Notes under the pieces: model-generated
Told to the model about the DNA's origin: nothing
The model's database searches: none
The model's input: the letters and a program-made list of their open reading frames with translations, nothing else
Program-made: the position numbers and the translations under genes
IMG/VR virus record: IMGVR_UViG_3300047382_000480
Coordinates: 74,661 to 138,660 of that record
DNA from: a virus
Reading direction: 5' to 3' (one strand)
Length of the DNA stretch: 64,000 nucleotides
Shown here: piece after piece, positions 48,298-57,484 of the stretch
How positions within the stretch are numbered: position 1 is the first letter of the stretch
Layout: each line of letters opens with the position of its first letter

Positions 48298-49314
48298 TTA
48301 CATCAACCTGTCTTTCCATGTACTTGGAGTCTTATCATTTATTATCTCTAATTTATAAGTGTAATCAAAATCTCTTGGTCCAACACTAGAAATGTAATCT
48401 ACTGTCTTTTTGACTGCTTCTCGTAGAGTAGTAGATGTCTCATAACTCAACATCTTTCTTGCTTTATTGCTACTACAAAGAGCATTCTTAACTTCTTGAG
48501 GTCTGTCGTCTTTGTATATCGGATTACCATTAAAATTACATTTTTCTGCAACAAGTTGTGACAATTCATTAATAGTCACTTCACCCTCGTCTGGACCAAT
48601 ATTAATTACCTCGTTAACAATATCTTTATCGAGTACCATTTTTGTTAAACAAGAAACGCAATCAGAAACATAAGAGAAACACCTTTTCTGTTCACCATCT
48701 CCGTATATGATCGAAGGTTTATTTTGTAAGTTTCTATTCGCCATAATACTAACGACGTTGCGATACGGATCATCGAATCTTTGCCGTTCACCAATTATAT
48801 TGTGTGGTACTGCAATATTCCATTGCATCCCATGTACACCAGAAAGGCACTTTAATGTATCCTCTGCAGCAACCTTTGCGATACCATATGGGTCGACTGG
48901 CATAGGTTTCATATCTTCAGTAAATTGCCCTGAGTTTCCATTTTGATTACCATATCTTGCCATACTACTACAAAAAACAAACCTCTTTACATTATTTGCG
49001 ATACTTGCACTTATTACAGAGACACTCGCTTCATAAATGTTACGAGTAATAAATGATGGGCTGAAAACAGAGAACCCTTCGTGAGCGGTCGCTGCACAAT
49101 GAACAACAACATCTATTTCTTCGCTTTTGATTATGTCATGCATCGCTTTTTGATTGCAACAATCAGCTTCAAAAAACTTTATCTTGTCGTTTAGATTACA
49201 ACGGAATCCACCAATAAGATTATCAACACCAGCCACAGTATGCCCGAGATCAATAAACTTGTCAGCTAGATGACTCCCCAGAAATCCTGCGACACCTGTT
49301 ATAAAAATTTTCAT
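48298..49314 (-). CDS. NAD-dependent epimerase/dehydratase
   Basis: TGVAGFLG, CSSMARYG, YGIAK, HNIIG, YGDGEQKRCF. Confidence 0.93.
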   Translation of the reverse strand: MKIFITGVAGFLGSHLADKFIDLGHTVAGVDNLIGGFRCNLNDKIKFFEADCCNQKAMHDIIKSEEIDVVVHCAATAHEGFSVFSPSFITRNIYEASVSVISASIANNVKRFVFCSSMARYGNQNGNSGQFTEDMKPMPVDPYGIAKVAAEDTLKCLSGVHGMQWNIAVPHNIIGERQRFDDPYRNVVSIMANRNLQNKPSIIYGDGEQKRCFSYVSDCVSCLTKMVLDKDIVNEVINIGPDEGEVTINELSQLVAEKCNFNGNPIYKDDRPQEVKNALCSSNKARKMLSYETSTTLREAVKKTVDYISSVGPRDFDYTYKLEIINDKTPSTWKDRLM

Positions 49315-50674
49315 ACTCAGGGAATGTCTCCAAAAAATTTGTATTTCTTCTGCGGTCGTGTTCGTTGAACCAATTGTAGAAATCTTTACGACCTTCGTTT
49401 AGTTTCTCTTCACCATAATCGCTAGTAGCCATGTAATCGTGCACTCTTCTGAACTTCTCAAACTCAATAGTCTGGAACATAGTTGGATCTGAATCGTCTA
49501 CGTTTTCTTCAATGAAGTCAAGGCATTCTTTCATATAAGGCATAAATTCATCTTTCGGTAAGATATTCATATCGTAATGTAAAGGTTCTTTCAGATATGG
49601 TGTATCAAACCTTATTGTTCTTTTTGATACGCTGTCTGGAACAATTACACCCTCATATTGTTTACGCCACTCAAGAATCTTAACCAACAATGTTTTAAAT
49701 GTAGAAACAGTGAGTGCATTAAATGTGATCATAAGATTAATCGGTGTCTTTGCTTTACTTGCATAAGAATGAAAGTTTCTTTCCCACAAGTCCAACTTCA
49801 ACCCTGTTCTTATATACTCCGCTCTCTCATTCCAGCAATCAATGCTTGTATATAACGCAAAACTTTTGACACCATTTTCCTTTCTTATTAGATTTACATT
49901 CTCAGCAAGGTTGTCAACAAACTTTTCTTTCACACCAAGATTAGTGTTTATATTAAGTTCTAGATGAGGTTGTGGGTTTCTATGGAGTTCCTCAAATAAC
50001 CTCCAAGTAGACTTATGCATCAACGGCTCTCCACCAGTCAAGCGCAAAATACTAAGAGTCTTTACAACTTCTGGATACCATTTCCACCAAGCATCTACAT
50101 ACGGATTATCGTGTTCCTCATATGCCTTGAACCAATCAATAGAAGCTGTATGGTTCTTCACCATATCGTATGGTCCAAATTTCTTGATCTCTGACATAAA
50201 TCTAGAAGAAGAATTGGGGTGGCAATACCCGCACTTGAAATTACACTCATTACTAAAAGAAAGTTCTATGTAATCAGGATTAACATTGAAGTCCCAATCA
50301 GATGCAATAATATCCCTCAACCTATCTTCTTTGTAAAGAGATCCAGACCTTATAACTCTGTCAGAAATATAGTCCTCACCCATATCCTCAACATTCCAAC
50401 AGTAAGTGCAACCAACGCATTTCTCACCATCAAGCATTTGTTTTCTTTCAACTTTCTTATGCGGTGTGTTATGAAGCTGACTCGGGTTTTCAGCAAGACC
50501 TTCTAACGGAATCTTGTGGGGAGCAGGGTGATAACAAGAATGTGTCATACCAGTTTGCAAGTATATGGTTGTATGATACCACTTAGCAAAACAAAATGTT
50601 GGGCTTATAATATCATCCATTGAATCTCGGATGACTAGTGCTTTATCTAAATCACTCACACTAATCTCTCCCAT
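49262..50674 (-). CDS. Radical SAM protein with N-terminal twitch/SPASM-like domain
   Basis: CNFKCGYC (CxxxCxxC), TGGEP; N-terminal C..KW...SCYHP...CVGCTYCW. True start is probably the GTG at 50659. Confidence 0.9.
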   Translation of the reverse strand: MGEISVSDLDKALVIRDSMDDIISPTFCFAKWYHTTIYLQTGMTHSCYHPAPHKIPLEGLAENPSQLHNTPHKKVERKQMLDGEKCVGCTYCWNVEDMGEDYISDRVIRSGSLYKEDRLRDIIASDWDFNVNPDYIELSFSNECNFKCGYCHPNSSSRFMSEIKKFGPYDMVKNHTASIDWFKAYEEHDNPYVDAWWKWYPEVVKTLSILRLTGGEPLMHKSTWRLFEELHRNPQPHLELNINTNLGVKEKFVDNLAENVNLIRKENGVKSFALYTSIDCWNERAEYIRTGLKLDLWERNFHSYASKAKTPINLMITFNALTVSTFKTLLVKILEWRKQYEGVIVPDSVSKRTIRFDTPYLKEPLHYDMNILPKDEFMPYMKECLDFIEENVDDSDPTMFQTIEFEKFRRVHDYMATSDYGEEKLNEGRKDFYNWFNEHDRRRNTNFLETFPEYENFYNRCRRISGESSS

Positions 50675-51372
50675 TCAAAATTTATAATATTTTCTCTAAC
50701 CCAAGTATCTGGGTTTTTATTTCTATTTTCAACAATATCGTATAATCTTGCCTTTCTTTCTTCTGAATATGTTGGGTGGATTAATGTCTCATCATCTGGG
50801 TAAGTTGTGATTCCATTATCAGAATATATCACCTTCCTCGCATTTCTAGTTGGCATAACCACGACAGGTATTGTCGTCGGGGATAAGTAAGAATTCAACC
50901 TCTCAACAAATATTCTATCGCCAACGTGCCAGTTTACAAATTCCTCGTCATACCCTCCAGACTTCCACCAAGATTCTGTTCTGACGCAGTAATCATTATG
51001 TGTTACCTGAGTTCTTCCAAGTAATGTATTGAAATACTCATTTGGTTCTGCCGACCTAACATATCTGTCTATAACAGGAGCAAACTGCCCTATCAAATCT
51101 CTGTCAATATCAGTCATATACGCCCACTCAGTCTCAACGTGCTTCATTGCAAGATTTCTCGCTCCGTGAGAGTTGAAGCCAATATCGTCTTTAACCCGAA
51201 AAAGTTTTATATTCTTTTCTGGGTAGTTTTTGACAATAGGTTCTGCTGGTTGTCTTGGAGATCCATCGTCAACAATAATGAGTTCTGAAAAATATTCTTC
51301 GTTGAATTGTTTCTCGATATAGTCTTTTAGTCTATACGGATCTTCAAAGTATGTTGTGACAAGTGTGATCAT
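50656..51372 (-). CDS. Glycosyltransferase family 2
   Basis: IIVDDGS, ARNLAM, TDID, GGYDEEF, GD. Confidence 0.88.
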   Translation of the reverse strand: MITLVTTYFEDPYRLKDYIEKQFNEEYFSELIIVDDGSPRQPAEPIVKNYPEKNIKLFRVKDDIGFNSHGARNLAMKHVETEWAYMTDIDRDLIGQFAPVIDRYVRSAEPNEYFNTLLGRTQVTHNDYCVRTESWWKSGGYDEEFVNWHVGDRIFVERLNSYLSPTTIPVVVMPTRNARKVIYSDNGITTYPDDETLIHPTYSEERKARLYDIVENRNKNPDTWVRENIINFEWERLV

Positions 51373-51986
51373 TTAAATCCAGTAACCATAAATCTTGTGA
51401 ATTGTTTACCGCGAAGACCAGTACAATTGAATTCAAACTCATTTGTCGAGTTTTCGCAACGATTCATTTGTTTGAAATCTAGCATATCTTTCGCACATCT
51501 TATATGCTCTGGTTCTTCGTAGAAGTCATTTCCTTGAAGTAAGTAGAATGTTCCCTCTGGTATCTTTTCCCACCACTCGTCATATGCTTCCTGAGTAACG
51601 TGTTCGGTTATTGTGTTTATAACAGTATTGGGTCTACTTGAAGGGGGATAATTCCAATCAGCCATATCTGCTGTTACTGCTTGAATATCAGAGTTGGGAT
51701 AAACATCATTTATGACCCAATCACAAACAGGATCTATATCAATTGAAACTATAGATGTAGCATTCAAGTTTGAAGAATCTTCAATCAATTTAGCAAGAAG
51801 ACCATACCAACCCCCAAAGATATAAACATCATTCAAATAATATCTTTCCTTTTGAAGTAAATCAATGATATGTTGCTTACTTGTTATCTGACTTTCCCAA
51901 AAGCAGTCCATAAACCGCTCGGATAAATCGGGGTGGAAGCGGATGAATTTTATCCAGTTGGCGAGTGTTTCTGGTTTAATTTCCAT
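51369..51986 (-). CDS. Class I SAM-dependent methyltransferase-fold protein
   Basis: IFGGWYG, SIDID, INTITEH, LQGN, EH.RC, RFMVTG. Confidence 0.7.
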   Translation of the reverse strand: MEIKPETLANWIKFIRFHPDLSERFMDCFWESQITSKQHIIDLLQKERYYLNDVYIFGGWYGLLAKLIEDSSNLNATSIVSIDIDPVCDWVINDVYPNSDIQAVTADMADWNYPPSSRPNTVINTITEHVTQEAYDEWWEKIPEGTFYLLQGNDFYEEPEHIRCAKDMLDFKQMNRCENSTNEFEFNCTGLRGKQFTRFMVTGFK

Positions 51987-52044
51987 GGCAAAGTTTCATA
52001 ATCAATTGTAGTGTTCTATTTATCTTGCGAAAATAGTGGTTACT

Positions 52045-52052
52045 TATAAATA
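52045..52052 (+). promoter_or_regulatory. T4-type late promoter for the curli/cyclase operon
   Basis: Exact TATAAATA 62 nt upstream of 52115. Confidence 0.75.
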
Positions 52053-52061
52053 ACAAAGATT

Positions 52062-52090
52062 ATTATACTACTTTGAATTTAATTAGTCAA
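52062..52090 (-). promoter_or_regulatory. Sigma70 promoter for the second modification island
   Basis: TTGACT-N17-TATAAT. Confidence 0.85.
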
Positions 52091-52114
52091 GTATTAATTT
52101 ATAAACATTGAGAT

Positions 52115-52402
52115 ATGAAAATGCAAGAAGTTTTTAATATTATAGGTGAGCTTGGGTTTCCAATCGCTGCAGCACTTATTGGTGGTTTCTTTATGTTCCT
52201 CACACTGAAGTATATTATGTCTGGAGTTATCGACCAAGTAAATGGTATGCACGGAATTGTTAAGGCACTTGACAACAGAGTAAAAACGATGAATCACGAT
52301 TTGATTCGCCTTGACACAACTATGTGTGTTGTATTGGGTATTAGACCAGACTTGAACCGCATTTCAAGGGCAGACGGCAAAACTGACGCAAGGCGAGACT
52401 AA
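52115..52402 (+). CDS. Small single-TM, coiled-coil protein (holin-like candidate)
   Basis: GFPIAAALIGGFFMFL TM segment; L.NRV..M..D.IRL; paralog of the next gene. Confidence 0.7.
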   Translation: MKMQEVFNIIGELGFPIAAALIGGFFMFLTLKYIMSGVIDQVNGMHGIVKALDNRVKTMNHDLIRLDTTMCVVLGIRPDLNRISRADGKTDARRD

Positions 52403-52656
52403 TGGATATTGTGACCGCAGTAAAAGATTTCGGGTTTCCAATAGTTGCTGCCGTTGGCATGCTTTATATGATCTATTATGTTTGGAAAACGATAACAGAA
52501 AAAATAGAAGCAAACTTAGAAGATGCAAGAATAACATTAATAGGGTTGATTGATCGTGTTAGAATGTTAGACAATGACATAATACGTTTGCAACAAAAGC
52601 TGGATACAGCAATAGAAGTGAAGGGTTTAGAAGAAGATGAAGATAACAAGAAGTAG
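52402..52656 (+). CDS. Small single-TM, coiled-coil protein (paralog of preceding gene)
   Basis: GFPIVAAVGMLYMIYYVW; LIDRVRMLDNDIIRL. Confidence 0.7.
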   Translation: MDIVTAVKDFGFPIVAAVGMLYMIYYVWKTITEKIEANLEDARITLIGLIDRVRMLDNDIIRLQQKLDTAIEVKGLEEDEDNKK

Positions 52657-53083
52657 TCTATTCGTACTTTTATGTTCTGTTCAAATTGCACATGCAGCAC
52701 CAATAGAACATAGTTTTAAGTCTCCTTCATTCAGTGGTGTGAATCAGAGTTCCCACTACTTAACAATAGAAAACCAAGAGACTTCTAGAAAAGAAGCGAT
52801 AAAACAAGAAGTTGAAGACTTACAAAAGCAATTAGAAAGAGATGCTGAGAATACAACTCTCGCAAAGTTTATTCGTAATGTAGAAAGTAGAATATACTCT
52901 ACATTATCGAGACAGATTGTTGATAGTATGTTTGGAGAGAATCCATCTGATATGGGTTCATTCGACATAGAAGGAACAGGAATAACCTACGTCAAAGATG
53001 GCGATAAAGTGGAGCTCACAATAACTGATGAATACGGCAAGGTTACTGTCATCACTATTCCTATTGGGGATTTTGGGATTTAG
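52637..53083 (+). CDS. csgF: Curli assembly protein CsgF-like
   Basis: Signal peptide, then HSFKSPSFSG, F.RN.ESRIY..LSRQI...MFG, T.ITIP; adjacent to csgG. Confidence 0.85.
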   Translation: MKITRSSLFVLLCSVQIAHAAPIEHSFKSPSFSGVNQSSHYLTIENQETSRKEAIKQEVEDLQKQLERDAENTTLAKFIRNVESRIYSTLSRQIVDSMFGENPSDMGSFDIEGTGITYVKDGDKVELTITDEYGKVTVITIPIGDFGI

Positions 53084-53849
53084 CACTGGTTGTACCACTG
53101 TTGGTGGCAACTTGAAAATTCCATTAGAGGATAAAGCAACTGTTCAATTTTCATTACTTGAACAGGAATTAATTGATGTCCCAGAACCAATAAGAAAACC
53201 ATCTGTAGCAGTATACAGATTTAATGATCAGACAGGGCAAAAAAGACAAAATGCTAGTGGTGGTACATCATTTAGCACTGCGGTTACTCAGGCTCCAGAT
53301 GTATATCTGATAAGAGCATTGAAAAGAGCATCACACGGAAACTTTTTTAGAGTTATAGATCGCCAAATACTTGATGACTTAACAAAAGAACGTCAATTAA
53401 TCAGACAGACTAGGCAAAGTTATGATGGCGAAGGAGCAAAAAAATTACCAGCACTAACATTTGCTGGTATGATAATTACAGGTGGTATTGTCGGATATGA
53501 CACCGCCATCGATTCTGGTGGTTCTGGTGCGAGATATCTAGGCATTGGAACAAGCAGTCAGTTTAGTCGCGACACAGTAACTATTAATATCCGTTTAGTG
53601 AGTGTTGCGACTGGTGAAGTATTACTTGAAGTTATAGCGAGTAAGACGATACTATCCACAGCAAATGGCGGGGATGTATTTAAATTTATCGAGCAAGGAA
53701 CTGAACTCGTCGAGATCGAGTCTGGTGTTGCTCGTAATGAGAGCGTATCAATTGCCACGCAAAGAGCAATAGAAACTGGCGTATTAGAACTCATAGAGAA
53801 AGGAAATACACATGGGTTTTGGACGTATAACCATAACGGGAGCAAGTAA
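53028..53849 (+). CDS. csgG: Curli secretion channel CsgG (lipoprotein)
   Basis: Lipobox STGC; VAVYRF.DQTGQ, FSTAVTQ, L.KERQLIR, GGIVGYD, GG.GARYLGIG, RLVSV.TGEVL. Confidence 0.95.
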   Translation: MNTARLLSSLFLLGILGFSTGCTTVGGNLKIPLEDKATVQFSLLEQELIDVPEPIRKPSVAVYRFNDQTGQKRQNASGGTSFSTAVTQAPDVYLIRALKRASHGNFFRVIDRQILDDLTKERQLIRQTRQSYDGEGAKKLPALTFAGMIITGGIVGYDTAIDSGGSGARYLGIGTSSQFSRDTVTINIRLVSVATGEVLLEVIASKTILSTANGGDVFKFIEQGTELVEIESGVARNESVSIATQRAIETGVLELIEKGNTHGFWTYNHNGSK

Positions 53850-53887
53850 AATTTATGGGGTAAAATCTCATAAGGGAGTAAGTAAAA

Positions 53888-54622
53888 ATGAACACGTTAC
53901 AAAAAAGGTTTATTGTGATGTTGTTCCTAGTATGTTCAGGGACATCGCCATTGCTGGCAGATAACGCTATCTACATTGATCAAATAGGTTCAGGGGTAGA
54001 CATTGATATCACGCAAGACGGCAGTGGCAATAAAGTCGGAGGGAGTGCCGACGATGATACAAAAATGATTGTAAATGGTGATAACATTAGCATGAGCATA
54101 GATACTGTTGGTTCTACCAACTCTATAATCGGCAATATTGTCGGTGAGGGTAGCACTATCGATATCGATGTTTCTGGTAGCACAAACACTGTTGATTTTA
54201 ATGTAGACCCAACGAATACGTTTGGGGCAACTGATGGAGATTACACGTTGAATATATCTGGTGGTAACAACGACCTAGACCTAAATGTAGGAACTGCAGA
54301 TGCAGCAAATAACGGAAGTCTAAATTGGACAGTTGATGGCGACTTTAATAGTGCAACAATAGATGTTGATGTAAGTAACTTCAGCAATACCCTTGATTGG
54401 ATAGGTGACAGCAATACCATAGCATATGATGCAGATGGTTACGATGGTCACACATTCAATGTTTCAGGCTCGGGAAATTTCTGGGATATGAGCATTAGCC
54501 AGCAATCGACACTGCAAGTAGATGAATTGGAGATAGAACTTGATGGCGACGGAACTAGTACCACGCCTGCTACGATTTGCATTAGCCAGTCTGATTCTGG
54601 TACTGCCACAGGTTGCCAATAG
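53888..54622 (+). CDS. Secreted curlin-like beta-repeat protein (CsgA/CsgB-like)
   Basis: Signal peptide; NAIYIDQIG..VDIDITQDGSGN and repeated xIxVxGxxN units; acidic and Gly/Asn/Asp-rich. Confidence 0.75.
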   Translation: MNTLQKRFIVMLFLVCSGTSPLLADNAIYIDQIGSGVDIDITQDGSGNKVGGSADDDTKMIVNGDNISMSIDTVGSTNSIIGNIVGEGSTIDIDVSGSTNTVDFNVDPTNTFGATDGDYTLNISGGNNDLDLNVGTADAANNGSLNWTVDGDFNSATIDVDVSNFSNTLDWIGDSNTIAYDADGYDGHTFNVSGSGNFWDMSISQQSTLQVDELEIELDGDGTSTTPATICISQSDSGTATGCQ

Positions 54623-55658
54623 TAATGATGTCGGGCTAGTCGATAAAGCAGTCGGCTGGCGTCAAATCGTCAGGGAAGAAAAAGAATTAGAACCAGAAAA
54701 GGGTTCTAGTGTAATATCTAAAGACGACCTCAGGACAGGGGAAGGACGTATGCAAGTGAAGTTTGTTGATGACAGCAAACTTCGCATGACCGAACACACA
54801 AGAATTGTTATTGATAATGTAGTATTCGATAATGACCCAAGTAAGTCTGACTTAGCTATGACTTTCGCTCAGGGAACCGCACGTTTTATAACAGGTTCTC
54901 TGGGCACTATCGAAAAAGAAAATATAAGACTAAGAACTCCGACCGCATCAATAGGTATTAGGGGAACTGACTTCACAGTTACAGTAGATGAATTTGGTAG
55001 AACATTAGTCATTCTTCTTCCTGACATAAATGGTATATCGTCAGGAGAAATAATAGTTGCAACAATGACAGGTGAGGTGGTTTTAAATAAGCCATTTGAA
55101 TCCACAACGACTTCTGTCGGTGAATTACCACCATCAAACCCCGCTATCCTTAACCTAACATTGGATATGCTTGATAACATCCTCATAATAACCCCTCCAA
55201 CGGAAAGACAAACTCTAGAAGAATTTTATTCTTCAACATCTGCAAATAGAAATATAAACCCACTAGACATAGACTTCTTAGACGAGGCACTTCTTGAGAA
55301 CGAAGAACTAGAAAAAGATTACCTTGAATTCACGGAACTAGATATAAACTTCTTAGATGTTGAACTTCTAGAAAACCTATTAGAATCTTATTCAGACCTT
55401 GACTCAGAGTTGCTCAAAGAAGAACAGCAATCAGGAGATGTTGATATAGAAGGAACTGAAGAAGGATTTGACACAGTAACTCAAGTTTCTACTATCGTGG
55501 ATGGTCAGAGTGTCACGCTGACAAGAAATGTATCTGATATAGTTGTAATCAAAGTAGATCAAAGCGCAGAGACAGAAGTAATCATAGAGCAGGATGGTAA
55601 ACTTCTAGACCCCATAACAATCAATGGTAGTACGACAACAATAAATATAACACAATGA
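54540..55658 (+). CDS. FecR-domain periplasmic protein
   Basis: Signal peptide; D.LRTG.G...F.DDS.L, GTARF.TG, TPTASIGIRGTDF; acidic LDIDFLD/LDINFLD repeats. Confidence 0.88.
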   Translation: MMATELVPRLLRFALASLILVLPQVANSNDVGLVDKAVGWRQIVREEKELEPEKGSSVISKDDLRTGEGRMQVKFVDDSKLRMTEHTRIVIDNVVFDNDPSKSDLAMTFAQGTARFITGSLGTIEKENIRLRTPTASIGIRGTDFTVTVDEFGRTLVILLPDINGISSGEIIVATMTGEVVLNKPFESTTTSVGELPPSNPAILNLTLDMLDNILIITPPTERQTLEEFYSSTSANRNINPLDIDFLDEALLENEELEKDYLEFTELDINFLDVELLENLLESYSDLDSELLKEEQQSGDVDIEGTEEGFDTVTQVSTIVDGQSVTLTRNVSDIVVIKVDQSAETEVIIEQDGKLLDPITINGSTTTINITQ

Positions 55659-57481
55659 AGATGTGGCACGTATTATTAACTTTGGCGACACTTGTTTCGC
55701 TGAGACTCGTAGATCCTTTTTTGCTTGAAAGCTCTAGGCTGAGCTATTTTGATTTCTTGCAACGAGGGCAGGATGTCGTCACATCAGAACAAATCGTTCT
55801 GGTTGATATTGACGAACAAACTCTAGACAAGTTTGGGCAATACCCAATACCAAGAAGCGTAATGGCAAACGAGGTCGACAAACTTGGAAACTCTATAATT
55901 GCCTTCAATATATTATTCAGCGAACCAGATAGATCTGGGGGTGACGAGGAGTTCGCAGATGTATTGTTCTATAAAAATTCTCTTGTGGCGATCGCCCCCT
56001 CTCAAAAAACAAATATAGATTACAGACCAAGAGGTATCGGTTATGCGACATTTGGTGATCGCTCTGCAGAAGAAATAAGACCAGAACTATCTGGGATGCT
56101 ATTTGCAAGACCAGAAATTATGCAGTCGACTATAGGATATGGAACCATATCGTCAACCCCAGACACCGACGGAATAACAAGAAGGATACCACTACTCGAA
56201 AACTTTGAGGGTAGATTGTATCCTGCACTCGCCCTTGACACTCTAAGAGTTGCAGCAGGGGATATATCATATCAAATAAAGACTGATGATCTCGGGATAA
56301 GGTTTGTGCGCATACCAAAATTTGATTCCATTAAAACAGACGAAGTTGGAAACGTGAATGTTGCCTTTTGGAATGAGTTTACTCGGTTTTCGTTTACCCA
56401 AATACAGGATATACCTGAAGGGAGTATAGCAATCGTTGGTGCAACCTTCGAGGGATCTAATTTAATCTCTACTCCAGTCGGTTCAATGTATCCTCACGAT
56501 GTACAAGCCAATCTTTTAAAGACTATGATCAGTGGGGTGACTATATCACGCCTTCCAGAGTTTAAAATTTACGAAATTGCGCTAACAATCATTGGTTCAT
56601 TGCTTGTTATATTCATGCTCACTAAAATTACAATCTTAATTAGTGGTCTTGGCTTTGGATTATTAGCATTTTTGTCAGTTTTTGGCGCAAATTATGCCTT
56701 TGAGAAGTATTTTTTACTGTTTGACCCTATTTTTTGCGTTATAACACTTGTTTTAGTGTTTGCACACGGAAGTTTTATTCAATTTTACACAAATTTCAAG
56801 CAAAAACAGATGATAAAGGGGCAATTTGGAACTTATTTGTCTCCAGACATGGTTGATATGCTTGCAAACGACCCATCTTTACTGAAACTTGGTGGTGAAC
56901 GGAAAGAAATGACATTCCTGTTCATGGATATCTGCGGTTTCACTCCTATATCTGAGTATTATAAGAATAATGACGACCCAGAAGGGTTGGTATTATTGAT
57001 AAACGAATATTTAAATGAGATGACCAAAATAATTATGAATAATGGGGGAACCATAGATAAATATATGGGCGATTGTATCATGGCATTTTGGAATGCGCCT
57101 TTATCTTGCGACAATCACGCAGAAATGGCTGTAAAATCAGCAATAGAAATCGAGGAAAAGACAAATGCACTCAAGAAAATATACTCTGATAGAGGGTTGC
57201 CTGATATTAATGTCGGCACTGGTATTAATTCCGGCACTGCTATTGTCGGCAACATGGGTTCTGATGCCAGATTCGATTACTCCGTCATCGGAGATTCCGT
57301 CAACCTTGCAGCAAGATTAGAAGCAACTGCTGCTCGAGGTGAGTACAAGGAATACAAAACTATCATCTCGTCTTTCACTAAAGATTTGCTCCCCGAACAA
57401 TATAACTGCGAGAAGATCGGAGACATAAAGGTAAAGGGAAAGGAAGACCTCATCACCATATACTCACCGAAATATAAATAA
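55655..57481 (+). CDS. CHASE2-domain class III adenylate/guanylate cyclase
   Basis: VDIDEQTL..FGQYP.PR, FSEPDR, DGITRRIPL (CHASE2); three TM segments; FMDICGFT, DKYMGD, DYSVIGDSVNLAARLE, VKGK. Confidence 0.95.
   Translation: MKMWHVLLTLATLVSLRLVDPFLLESSRLSYFDFLQRGQDVVTSEQIVLVDIDEQTLDKFGQYPIPRSVMANEVDKLGNSIIAFNILFSEPDRSGGDEEFADVLFYKNSLVAIAPSQKTNIDYRPRGIGYATFGDRSAEEIRPELSGMLFARPEIMQSTIGYGTISSTPDTDGITRRIPLLENFEGRLYPALALDTLRVAAGDISYQIKTDDLGIRFVRIPKFDSIKTDEVGNVNVAFWNEFTRFSFTQIQDIPEGSIAIVGATFEGSNLISTPVGSMYPHDVQANLLKTMISGVTISRLPEFKIYEIALTIIGSLLVIFMLTKITILISGLGFGLLAFLSVFGANYAFEKYFLLFDPIFCVITLVLVFAHGSFIQFYTNFKQKQMIKGQFGTYLSPDMVDMLANDPSLLKLGGERKEMTFLFMDICGFTPISEYYKNNDDPEGLVLLINEYLNEMTKIIMNNGGTIDKYMGDCIMAFWNAPLSCDNHAEMAVKSAIEIEEKTNALKKIYSDRGLPDINVGTGINSGTAIVGNMGSDARFDYSVIGDSVNLAARLEATAARGEYKEYKTIISSFTKDLLPEQYNCEKIGDIKVKGKEDLITIYSPKYK
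57473..57480 (+). promoter_or_regulatory. T4-type late promoter TATAAATA
   Basis: Exact consensus 4 nt before the ATG at 57485. Confidence 0.65.
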
Positions 57482-57484
57482 GAT

